Shown piece by piece: positions 9,966 through 18,650 of a stretch of DNA of 64,000 bases. The notes below the pieces were generated by a model. The model was not told the origin of the DNA. It searched no databases and saw only the letters and a program-made list of their open reading frames with translations. The stretch is taken from contig JALGVJ010000036.1 of NCBI GenBank assembly GCA_029838195.1, positions 1-64,000 of the forward strand, in the 5' to 3' direction. Position 1 is the stretch's first letter. Each line of letters begins with the position of its first letter. A program made the translations under genes and the position numbers. This DNA is from Promethearchaeota archaeon (lineage in GTDB: Archaea > Asgardarchaeota > Lokiarchaeia > Sigyniarchaeales > SOKP01).

Positions 9966-11126
9966 TTAATAAAAGGGAAAATGGTATTCTGAGTTTTTAG
10001 TCTCTTCAAGAGAGCGTAGTTCTAGTTCTTTATCAATAAACCCTTCAATGTTACATATAAATCGATATTCTTTTTCTAAACAAAGAGTTATTGCTATTCC
10101 TTTTTTGTTCATGCGAGAAGTTCGTCCAATTCGATGAACATAATTTTCAGGATATTGGGGGATGTCATAATTTATTACATGAGATACGTTTTTTATATCC
10201 AATCCCCTGGCAGCGACATCGGTTGCTATGAGTAAATTTATCTGCTTTTTTCGAAAAGCTTTAAGTATTTGTTCGCGTTGATATTGAGAGAGATCTCCCG
10301 AGATAAGACCGACTTTATACTTTAAGTTTCTACGATAGTTTAATTTACGAGATAACCAAGAGGCGGTTTTTTTAGTGTTTACAAAAACTAGCGCATGTCG
10401 TGGCTGTTCTTTATTTAAGATTTGTAGAAATGCGAGATATTTTTGTTCGAATCGTTCTATCATGTAGTAATATTGTTTAGTGTTTCTAACTGTTAATTCA
10501 TCTCTACTCAGATTTATGAATAAGAATGAATTTTTCGTGAATTTTTTCACCAAATTTCTCATGTCTTGATCGAGTGTTGCCGAAAAGAGCATGAGTTGAT
10601 TCTTTTTCGAAACTTCTTTAATTGATGTTAGAATATACTTGATATCCGGTGAAAAACCCATATCCCATAAACGATCTGCCTCATCTAAAACAATAAATTT
10701 AATATTTTTAAATTGTAAATGTCCTCTTTTGTATAAATCAATAATTCTTCCGGGAGTTCCAATAATAACATGTACTCCACGATGTAACCTTTCAATTTGC
10801 TTGTTAATTGAAACACCCCCATAAATAACGGCAGATCTTGCATGATGGGGTCGGATTTTTTCAAATACCTCATGAATTTGTTTTGCTAATTCCCGGGTGG
10901 GTACCAAAATGAGACATTCATTATGAACCGAATTTAGTTTTTCTAAAATGGGAAGTAAAAAAGCAAGCGTTTTACCTGAACCCGTTTTTGCTTGTACCAT
11001 TATGTTCTTGTTTTCTAAAATCATGGGTATGGTTTTTGCTTGAACGGGCGTTGGAGTCGAAATATTAAAGACGGCCTTTAATTTATTTGCTATTTGCGGT
11101 TTAATTCCAAGATTAATGAAATTCAA
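9966..11126 (-). CDS. DEAD-box RNA helicase
   Basis: Q motif PTPVQ, AKTGSGKT, PTRELA, TPGR, DEAD, SAT, ARGLD, HRIGRTSR. Confidence 0.95.
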   Translation of the reverse strand: MNFINLGIKPQIANKLKAVFNISTPTPVQAKTIPMILENKNIMVQAKTGSGKTLAFLLPILEKLNSVHNECLILVPTRELAKQIHEVFEKIRPHHARSAVIYGGVSINKQIERLHRGVHVIIGTPGRIIDLYKRGHLQFKNIKFIVLDEADRLWDMGFSPDIKYILTSIKEVSKKNQLMLFSATLDQDMRNLVKKFTKNSFLFINLSRDELTVRNTKQYYYMIERFEQKYLAFLQILNKEQPRHALVFVNTKKTASWLSRKLNYRRNLKYKVGLISGDLSQYQREQILKAFRKKQINLLIATDVAARGLDIKNVSHVINYDIPQYPENYVHRIGRTSRMNKKGIAITLCLEKEYRFICNIEGFIDKELELRSLEETKNSEYHFPFY

Positions 11127-11400
11127 TTAAATACACTTGATTGTCTTAACTTATAATAATATTTTCAAAGAAGTAAATATTTAAAATGTAATAAATTTTA
11201 TGAGAAAAATTCAAAAATCCACGATTTTTTTAACCGTAATTTAATTTTCTTATACAAATCCCCGAGGAAGAATAATTTAGATAAAAAATCCGGTTTTCTC
11301 TGAGAATCGAGAATTAAAGAGCCATTAGAATTTTGTGCTAAGTTATAAGTGTATTTTTGGTTGTAATAATGGGAAGAACAATGGGATGGAGCCCTTAATT

Positions 11401-12753
11401 TCAGAAATTAGGCAATCTTTTAATTTTAGTCCACTCTTTGTCCATTAAAAAATCAAGATCGTTTAAAGAAGATTTGGAAATATGAATTAAATCAATGATT
11501 AGTGTAGATAAAGTGAAATTTTCGATACCAAACCCTCTATTTTTCTTATAATGATAAGCTTCTCGGAATCCACTAGTTCTTACCATGTTTAGCGTTTTTT
11601 GCACTAATTCTAAGGCAACATTGATAAAACCATGATTAAAAAGCCCTTTAATGATTAACCAATTAATTACGATTCTTGGCATGCTAATCCTCCAATAATT
11701 TTCATTAAAATATTGCTGGTTTTCATCAATTGCAATAAGAGGGACGGGATTCTTCGTCCAAAATTCATTTTCATTTAGGAGATGATCTTCTACTAATGTT
11801 GCAGCAATAGGTATGGGCAAATCATCAATTATCAAGGGAATAAATGAAGTAGCTGATTTTATTGGAGCACCAAATATATTTTCCTCAAGTGCGTTATTGA
11901 ATAAGCCTATATCCGGTTTCCAATAATATTTAATTAGAGAATTAGTTAATTCACTTGCGATTTTAAGCAATTTCCTTTTTTCTCCATTCTGTTTCAATTC
12001 GCCATGAAGAAAAGCCAAATCTTTACAATCTTGAATGAAAAGGCTGTTAAAGATTATATCTTCATGAAAAAGCCGGTCATCCTTTTTATTAAAAAAGAGT
12101 TCATGGTTAGATTTTTTATTAAAAATAGGCTTTTTAATCATTTGAACTCTATTCTTTTCTTCAGAATTGCCCCGTGTTTCAGTATTTTTCAAGAAAACCT
12201 CATTAACGGGCAATTTCTCAATTAACCATTCCCAAGGATGATAAATTTTAAGTACAAATGGATTTCGTGTTTGATTAATGCGTGCTTTTAATAAATAATC
12301 ATGAAACTTCTTAGATCTTGATAAAAATTCGGTTAGAAATTCCATATTTCGCTCTTTATCATGAATGGCCTTTAAGGCATGCGCAACAAGCGGATTAATC
12401 GTAAGGGAATGACGATCTTGTTTTTCAAGAGCCTCAAGGAGAAGAGGAGAGAATTCTTTTTGATTCAAATTCCAAATATTTATTCTCTTAAAATTTCCAT
12501 TTTCACTTTGGTTAAAAAATAAGCCGATAAATTCTTTTTTAGCTCTTTCAAGATTTACATGACTATTAACAATGATGTGAAAACATGAATATTCTAAATG
12601 CTGATAAGGAAAAAAATCTTTATGGGGGCACGTGTATGAGATGGTTTGAGAAGTATTTTCCGGATGATTTATGATTTTAAAATTCAGTTCTAGAATATCT
12701 CTTGCTTTTTGTTCTAAAAAGTTAGTATCTAATGGGTTTTCAGATGCTTTCAA
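11401..12753 (-). CDS. GH63/MGH1-like (alpha/alpha)6 glycoside hydrolase homologue, motifs degenerate
   Basis: PYQHLEYSCFH (family P.QW.WDS.FH), HPWEW (HPWESG.DNSP), YWRISM..INWL (YWRGP.W...NW), GFREAY. Confidence 0.65.
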   Translation of the reverse strand: MKASENPLDTNFLEQKARDILELNFKIINHPENTSQTISYTCPHKDFFPYQHLEYSCFHIIVNSHVNLERAKKEFIGLFFNQSENGNFKRINIWNLNQKEFSPLLLEALEKQDRHSLTINPLVAHALKAIHDKERNMEFLTEFLSRSKKFHDYLLKARINQTRNPFVLKIYHPWEWLIEKLPVNEVFLKNTETRGNSEEKNRVQMIKKPIFNKKSNHELFFNKKDDRLFHEDIIFNSLFIQDCKDLAFLHGELKQNGEKRKLLKIASELTNSLIKYYWKPDIGLFNNALEENIFGAPIKSATSFIPLIIDDLPIPIAATLVEDHLLNENEFWTKNPVPLIAIDENQQYFNENYWRISMPRIVINWLIIKGLFNHGFINVALELVQKTLNMVRTSGFREAYHYKKNRGFGIENFTLSTLIIDLIHISKSSLNDLDFLMDKEWTKIKRLPNF

Positions 12754-12860
12754 TTTTATTAAAATGCGCCGGGTAATTGAATATTTAATAAGATGTAAAA
12801 AATTAAAAACTCGAAGTTAGAATCATCGAAGTGTTCAATATTAAAAAAGAAAATTTTTAT

Positions 12861-13412
12861 TCATTTTCTCATGAAGCTGGGAAGCATTAGATTAAAAATA
12901 TCTGCGATTTTTTTAAGTTTATCTTGAACCTTTACCTTAGTGACGATAAGCACGCTTCTTTCCAACTCATCTCGATCTAACGATCCTCCCGCATAAAGGG
13001 CTTCTTTTTCATTAAAAACCAAGAGAAATCTCACGTTGGGATTCGTGATGATAGAAATGTTTTTTGTATTTTTTAATTTATCATAATTTTGTTGATAATT
13101 AGGAGGGACCCCACTTCTTTCATTCATGATAATCGTGATGGAGACTCCCTTTTTAGCGATATTGATTAATTCATTAGTATAAAAATTATCGATTTTTGGA
13201 GTTGCAACATTTAAATATGAGGAAGAGGCCATGATTAATTCCATGAGTTTTTGATTTATATAGTTTTCATATCCTTCTCCTCCACTCCTTTCAATTTCTA
13301 CCATGCCAACGAGATTGAGGATCTTGTTTTCTAAATTTTCTACTTCTTTTTTTAACCTTTGATTGGCAATTTTTAATTCAATAAGGCGGTCAGACGACAA
13401 TGATAATCTCAC
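12861..13412 (-). CDS. Coiled-coil plus PLD/Nuc-like fold protein lacking the HKD motif
   Basis: N-terminal heptads, then YLNVATPKID...KGVSITII...NPNVRFLLVFNEKEALYAGGSLD. This follows PLD-like spacing, with HxKxxxxD and GSAN replaced. Confidence 0.55.
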   Translation of the reverse strand: MRLSLSSDRLIELKIANQRLKKEVENLENKILNLVGMVEIERSGGEGYENYINQKLMELIMASSSYLNVATPKIDNFYTNELINIAKKGVSITIIMNERSGVPPNYQQNYDKLKNTKNISIITNPNVRFLLVFNEKEALYAGGSLDRDELERSVLIVTKVKVQDKLKKIADIFNLMLPSFMRK

Positions 13413-13476
13413 TTTTCTTGAATTTATTTTATAACAAATTTAATAGAATATATGATAATATTTATTTTATTCAATT

Positions 13477-16071
13477 TTAACTTAACCTATTCCAAGGTAA
13501 CCCAAATATCAAGAAATAAGGGAAAATTTTTAAGATCTCTTGAGAAGGAGCATTTTGCGCCATTTTTCTAATTAAAAGTAACTTGCGTTCAATTGCATTT
13601 ATCATATCCTCAGAAATGAATTGCTTACGAGCATTTAACATGGCAGTGCCTATATCCTGCCCATTCAATAAATTATCATAAAAGGAGAAGGTAATTTTAT
13701 CCGATATTTCATCATCAGTTGAATTAGTTCTAAAAACAATACCGGTCAGGTTGTTCAATTGCAAGGAAGAAATTATGTTACTAATAATGGGAATCGGATT
13801 TAAAATCCTTTCCTTGTGTTCATTAAAAAATTGGAGATCGAAAAAAATCAAGGGTTGCGCTGTGAGGTCATGATCCTTAGAAATAAGGCTAAAAATTTCT
13901 TTTAATTTAAGAGTTTCATTCTCACTTGTTATTAAATAGCTTTCAAGAGGAATTGATGGAAAGTAAATTAAATTTCCAATAATATGGATGATGTTAAAAT
14001 TTTTTTCCTTCAATAACTTTAAGATATTTTCATGGGTGGCACTTTCTCTTACCAGAAGTTCTTTCGAGGTCAAGGTTGTTGAGGAGGTGAAAAATTGACG
14101 TAATTTTTCCATCCTTTCGAGACCATGAGGGAAAGGATAGAGGGTTTCTTTCTTGTTCAAATCATCATTCCATTTAAATGGTCCTTTAGAATTAGTTAAT
14201 TCAACAACTAAAGCCTTTATATTTTTTTCAGACGTGCCTCCAACCGCTTTTTGAAAGGAATCATCAGTGGGAAAATTAATTCCATTTAAATTTAAGTTAG
14301 GAGAGTAATGAGTAATGGAACAATTTAACATTAAGAATTGCTTGTCATAAATCAAAGTAAAGGGAATTGATAACTCATCTGTTAAAAAAACTAATTGGGG
14401 GGTAAAATTTAATGTTGAAATTTCAAATTGAGAGAAGTATTCTCTGATAAATCTCGGTAAGGAAAGATAAAGCAAGGTTCCCGTATCCTTAAGAGTAAGA
14501 TTCTCTTTTACTACTTCTTTTGATTCAAAAAGATGACCGGAGATTGCGTTTAGCTTAGTAGGGTTCCAAAATTCATTCTCGAGTGTAATAATTTTAATTT
14601 CATTGTTTTGAGAACCCATTTTACATGTTATTGATTGCGAAGGAGACAGTTGAATTATGAGTTTTTGAAGGATAAAATTCGGATCATAAAAAGAATTTTC
14701 ACTGGGAAAGGCATCTTCAAAAACATAAATCTTGGTTTTAAATAATTCTCCTTTAGCAGATAATTTGTTTAAATCTTTGAGTAGGGGATGGATCTCAGGA
14801 TCTAAAAAAGGAATTATTTTTTGAGCAAATGAGATGTTTTTTTCTTCAAATAGGGCTCGGTAAAAGATCATGTTCCAAAATTCTCTCTCTTCCCCAGATA
14901 AAAATGCAGATTTTAAACGCCACAAGTAATTATGAGTATAGAAATAATGGTATAATTCTTCTTCAGTTTGAGGTATTTTAAGATGATAAATTAACTTTTC
15001 GAAAGATTGGAAGAGAAACTTTTTTTCTTTCATTGTGAGAAAATTTGTAGCTGCTTCTGCCCACAATTCTATTAAACTTTTATCGTAGCTTACATTTGAT
15101 TGGAATGAGTAAACTTCTTCAAGGAAATTATAGACGTCATAGACGATTTCAAATTGATTTCTTTTCATGAAGAATTTAATGAATTTATTTAAATAATTAA
15201 TTGCCTCCATAAATGTCTGATATTTATAAATTTTATTATAAAGATTTTTTAAAATGGAAGTGATCCAGAAGTTCTCACCGATATCGCTTAAATAAATAAT
15301 TAACTCTTCTAAATCGGGAAGTAGAGTAGGAAAAGTACGCTCATTAATGACGATTCTTGGTAAATTTCCAAATATGCTTTTCAATTCATGGGGAATTCGA
15401 GTTAACAAGATGGTGCTAATTTCTTTAATGAACTCAGCATCTTTTGAAAGTCCATATTTAATATCAATATTTTCCAGAAGGACGTGAAGAAATACTGCCC
15501 GCTTACTAGGTTCAATTTTTTTCATAATTTTATTTAATTCTTTCATACTCGTGGTAAACAATTCTGTAGGGACAAAAGTTTTCCTTAAGAATATTAACAA
15601 AATTTGCAATTCCAATAATTTTAAGAAATCTCCTTTTTGTCTTACAAAATAAGAAAAAGAATCAATGAACTTTGATATGGCTTCTTCCGGAATTACCTCA
15701 ATTTTTAAAATTTCTTTTAATAAATCGGTAAAATGGGAATATAAGAGATAAAAATCATCTAATTTAATTAAAAATGAAAAATAACGTTTTATAGCATCAA
15801 TATAAAGGATAGTAGCATTCGGTTCAATGGATAGATCTTTTCTATATTTGAGACTTTTAATGTATGTCAACCAAGAATTCGATATTAGCATGATCAACTT
15901 GAATTGCTTTTGAGCATCTATCTGTTCATTCTTCATAATCTCAGCATATAAATCATTTAAAACTTTATCCGCCCAATGATGATTGGCATTTTTTAAAAGA
16001 TTGCGAGCTAAAGCTATTTTATTTTGAAATTGAATTAAAAATTCTTTAAATTGTTCTGCGCGTGCGGACAT
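13477..16071 (-). CDS. Large alpha-helical protein with C-terminal CHAT (caspase/separase-like) domain, catalytic dyad absent
   Basis: About 450 aa helical region, then GTLLY..LP..IR, IPFTLIYD, ATHENIL, NIIHIIGN (CHAT IIHFAGHG), LIFFDLQ (LVFLNAC), FSFYDNLLNGQDIGTAMLNARK, LIFGLP. Confidence 0.65.
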   Translation of the reverse strand: MSARAEQFKEFLIQFQNKIALARNLLKNANHHWADKVLNDLYAEIMKNEQIDAQKQFKLIMLISNSWLTYIKSLKYRKDLSIEPNATILYIDAIKRYFSFLIKLDDFYLLYSHFTDLLKEILKIEVIPEEAISKFIDSFSYFVRQKGDFLKLLELQILLIFLRKTFVPTELFTTSMKELNKIMKKIEPSKRAVFLHVLLENIDIKYGLSKDAEFIKEISTILLTRIPHELKSIFGNLPRIVINERTFPTLLPDLEELIIYLSDIGENFWITSILKNLYNKIYKYQTFMEAINYLNKFIKFFMKRNQFEIVYDVYNFLEEVYSFQSNVSYDKSLIELWAEAATNFLTMKEKKFLFQSFEKLIYHLKIPQTEEELYHYFYTHNYLWRLKSAFLSGEEREFWNMIFYRALFEEKNISFAQKIIPFLDPEIHPLLKDLNKLSAKGELFKTKIYVFEDAFPSENSFYDPNFILQKLIIQLSPSQSITCKMGSQNNEIKIITLENEFWNPTKLNAISGHLFESKEVVKENLTLKDTGTLLYLSLPRFIREYFSQFEISTLNFTPQLVFLTDELSIPFTLIYDKQFLMLNCSITHYSPNLNLNGINFPTDDSFQKAVGGTSEKNIKALVVELTNSKGPFKWNDDLNKKETLYPFPHGLERMEKLRQFFTSSTTLTSKELLVRESATHENILKLLKEKNFNIIHIIGNLIYFPSIPLESYLITSENETLKLKEIFSLISKDHDLTAQPLIFFDLQFFNEHKERILNPIPIISNIISSLQLNNLTGIVFRTNSTDDEISDKITFSFYDNLLNGQDIGTAMLNARKQFISEDMINAIERKLLLIRKMAQNAPSQEILKIFPYFLIFGLPWNRLS

Positions 16072-16131
16072 GATGTTTACAGAAATGATTTGTTTTTTTT
16101 TTAAATGGACTTTATTGCGATTAAATTTATA

Positions 16132-17304
16132 TCATACATCTCGGGGGTGTGTTTGACCAAAATTTTCTGTTTCTATATTGGGGTTTGTTAACCATCCTTT
16201 TTTTAAGAGTTTCCTTGTATATAAGAGGGAGGCCCCCACCCAACTCATGTTTTCTCGACCTGATACAGCAAAGATTCGAATTTTTTCCCTTATTTTTTCT
16301 GGAAAAAATCGCTTGAGTTGATTTTTAAGCCGCTCTTTCAAGCCAGGAATTAAGCTTCCTCCCCCCGTAAGAATGATATGAGATACTAAATCTTCCCAAT
16401 TCTCTCTCTCCCATATTTTAATTATTTTTGCAATGGTTTCATCTAGCCCGGGATGATTCACGTGCATGATATTTGGATAAAAAATCGGTTCTGATATTAA
16501 GATTCTTTCTAAATTTAATGTCAGGCGGGTTCCATCCGGTAAATTCACGATCTGGTTGTATCTGTCTATATTTTCTTTAATTTTGGGAAATTCTACTTCA
16601 AAATTTTCCACGCATAGAGACGTTTTCTCCTTAATTTCCCTTGCTAACCATTTTGTAAAATACATGTTTTGATTCGTGCTTTTTAAGATTAAACTCAAAA
16701 AATACTCCGTGAGATCTTTTCCTGCGATGGGAAATAAATCGCGAGCGAGTTCATTAGTAAACCCGTGTACTGCGGAAGAAATGCTAGTAAATGATTCTCC
16801 AAGGTTAACGATCACTCCCGTGTTTTTCTGTACTGCAGAAAAAATGGCTTGTTCTTCTGGTAAAAACAAGAGATAAGGAAATTGGAATACATTAAAAAAT
16901 ATATCTTGTAATCTTGTTTTTTCTTGCTCCGTTATATAAAAGGGTGTTAAAATAATGAGCGGTTGCTTAAATCGAAATTCAGGAATGATATTAAGCAAGT
17001 TATAATGAAAGAGAAAATAGTTAGAAAAAAGGTCTAAATTATTTTCTTTTTTAAATTCATGTAATTTTAAGACTTGTTGATATTTTAAAGCTTCATTACC
17101 GAAAAGATATTGGTTCTCTTCCTTTTCAGAAGGGAAGTAAATATCTTCGAGTCCTTCTATCACGCTTGAGGTAAAAAGAAAATCTTTCTTATCCGCATGG
17201 ACAGTAGGAGCAATAATTTTTGGAAAATCATCCCCAGCCCAACCAAATCTAAAGGTGGCTGAACCTAAATCCAAGATTAATGGACGTAATTCTAACCGGG
17301 ACAT
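16132..17304 (-). CDS. Divergent Asgard actin-related protein
   Basis: PLILDLGSATFRFGWAGDDFP (phosphate 1), TGVIVNLGES (phosphate 2), AGKDLTEY, AREIKEK, LPDG, ILTGGGSLIPGLKERL, SWVGASLL. Confidence 0.92.
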   Translation of the reverse strand: MSRLELRPLILDLGSATFRFGWAGDDFPKIIAPTVHADKKDFLFTSSVIEGLEDIYFPSEKEENQYLFGNEALKYQQVLKLHEFKKENNLDLFSNYFLFHYNLLNIIPEFRFKQPLIILTPFYITEQEKTRLQDIFFNVFQFPYLLFLPEEQAIFSAVQKNTGVIVNLGESFTSISSAVHGFTNELARDLFPIAGKDLTEYFLSLILKSTNQNMYFTKWLAREIKEKTSLCVENFEVEFPKIKENIDRYNQIVNLPDGTRLTLNLERILISEPIFYPNIMHVNHPGLDETIAKIIKIWERENWEDLVSHIILTGGGSLIPGLKERLKNQLKRFFPEKIREKIRIFAVSGRENMSWVGASLLYTRKLLKKGWLTNPNIETENFGQTHPRDV

Positions 17305-17347
17305 GAGCTTGTATACTCTTATTTATTTTAGGATCTCAGTACTGACA

Positions 17348-18244
17348 TTACACGGCATAGAATTGGATTTCATGAATGTATTCATCTACATCTTTCTTTA
17401 ATTGATATTCCTTTACTTGCAATTCTAATAATCCCAAGACTTTTTTGAATTCCTCAGCCATATTTTCAATGTCCACGTTAGCCATTTTCTGTACTGCATC
17501 TCTCTTTATTTTAAAATACTCTAGTCCTTCTATTATCCGTTCATAAGATTGATTAATGCGATTAACTAATTCTAATGCATTTCTCTCGGTGACTTTTCTC
17601 ATTTTCCTTAGGATAGATAAAATACTTGAAATTTGAGTCTCCCATAACTCATATTTCAAGGAATAATCTTCAAATAATTGCTTAATGAATTCTGCCAATT
17701 CAGTATAAAAGTTTTCCTCTTCAATTTTTTCCGTTTTTACCGGCGGTTCAGTCAATTTTACCGGTTTTACGGGATCTCCTGCTACTATCGGTGGTTTAAC
17801 TTTTTCGGATTCTATTTCATCTTTACTTATTTCTTTTTCTTCTGCCCTGATCACTGAAGCGGTTTTCTCATCCAGGGGTGTTTCTTCTTCCTTGGTTTTT
17901 TCCATCGATATTAAAGGAACTCTTTTTCTTTCTCCGGGTTTTACTCTTTGAGGGAGGGGGACATCTTCCATGAGATATTCTTCAATAATCTTCTTTTTTT
18001 CAGCGGTTTCATTACCTTTTCCAATTTTGATCATTTCTTCAGAACTTTTAGATTCCACATGCTCCCCTGTCTTTTTCTCCTTCTCATCTTCCGTAAGTGC
18101 GCTTAATAAGTTTTGAAGCGAACTTTCCGATTTTTTAGTTGATTTTAATGCCATATCTAAGGAAGGTGTTTTTAACTTTTCCTTTCCTTTTGAATCTTTT
18201 TTTCTCTTTTTTTTTGTAAGCGGCATGTGAAATTTCCTCCTCAA
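17348..18244 (-). CDS. Hypothetical protein: long charged/Pro-rich disordered N-terminus plus helical C-terminal domain
   Basis: K/E/P-rich first ~175 aa followed by amphipathic helices. First gene of the actin run; the start may be the ATG at 18226. Confidence 0.7.
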   Translation of the reverse strand: MRRKFHMPLTKKKRKKDSKGKEKLKTPSLDMALKSTKKSESSLQNLLSALTEDEKEKKTGEHVESKSSEEMIKIGKGNETAEKKKIIEEYLMEDVPLPQRVKPGERKRVPLISMEKTKEEETPLDEKTASVIRAEEKEISKDEIESEKVKPPIVAGDPVKPVKLTEPPVKTEKIEEENFYTELAEFIKQLFEDYSLKYELWETQISSILSILRKMRKVTERNALELVNRINQSYERIIEGLEYFKIKRDAVQKMANVDIENMAEEFKKVLGLLELQVKEYQLKKDVDEYIHEIQFYAV

Positions 18245-18329
18245 GTTGAGCGTCTAGATACTTAATAAAATATTTCCTTTATAAATTTAATTTTATCAAA
18301 GGATCAAATGGTTAACATGATAATACTTA

Positions 18330-18545
18330 TCATATCTGATCAAAAAATCTATTATAAAAAATGGCCTAAAGGAGTACCTAAGGAAATTGAAATTCCTAAA
18401 AAAACTCTAATTGATTTCCTCGAAGATTCCGTTAAAACCTATCCTCAAACTTATTTCATGGGATTTGAACTCACCTACGCTCAATTATTAGACATCGTAT
18501 ATCGTACTGCTACCAAATTACATGAATTAGGATTAAAAAAATTGC
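18330..18545 (+). pseudogene. N-terminal relic of long-chain fatty acid-CoA ligase
   Basis: SDQKIYYKKWPKGVPKEIEIP..TLIDFLEDS..YFMGFELTYAQL...ATKLHELGLKK is the typical FadD N-terminus. Similarity ends before GDRV and the AMP-binding motif. Confidence 0.75.
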
Positions 18546-18650
18546 TTAAATACATTAAAACAAATGTATTTATGATAAACAAAAAATTTCTTCCCTCCAT
18601 AAATTTTTTATTCCTTCCTTACGACGATATAAAACACGTAAAAAATTTCC

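Noticed and set aside
18085-18140. WH2 actin-binding motif (SLQNLLSAL) in the gene upstream of actin
   Set aside because: Amphipathic helix present but no following LKKT-like motif; too weak to call.
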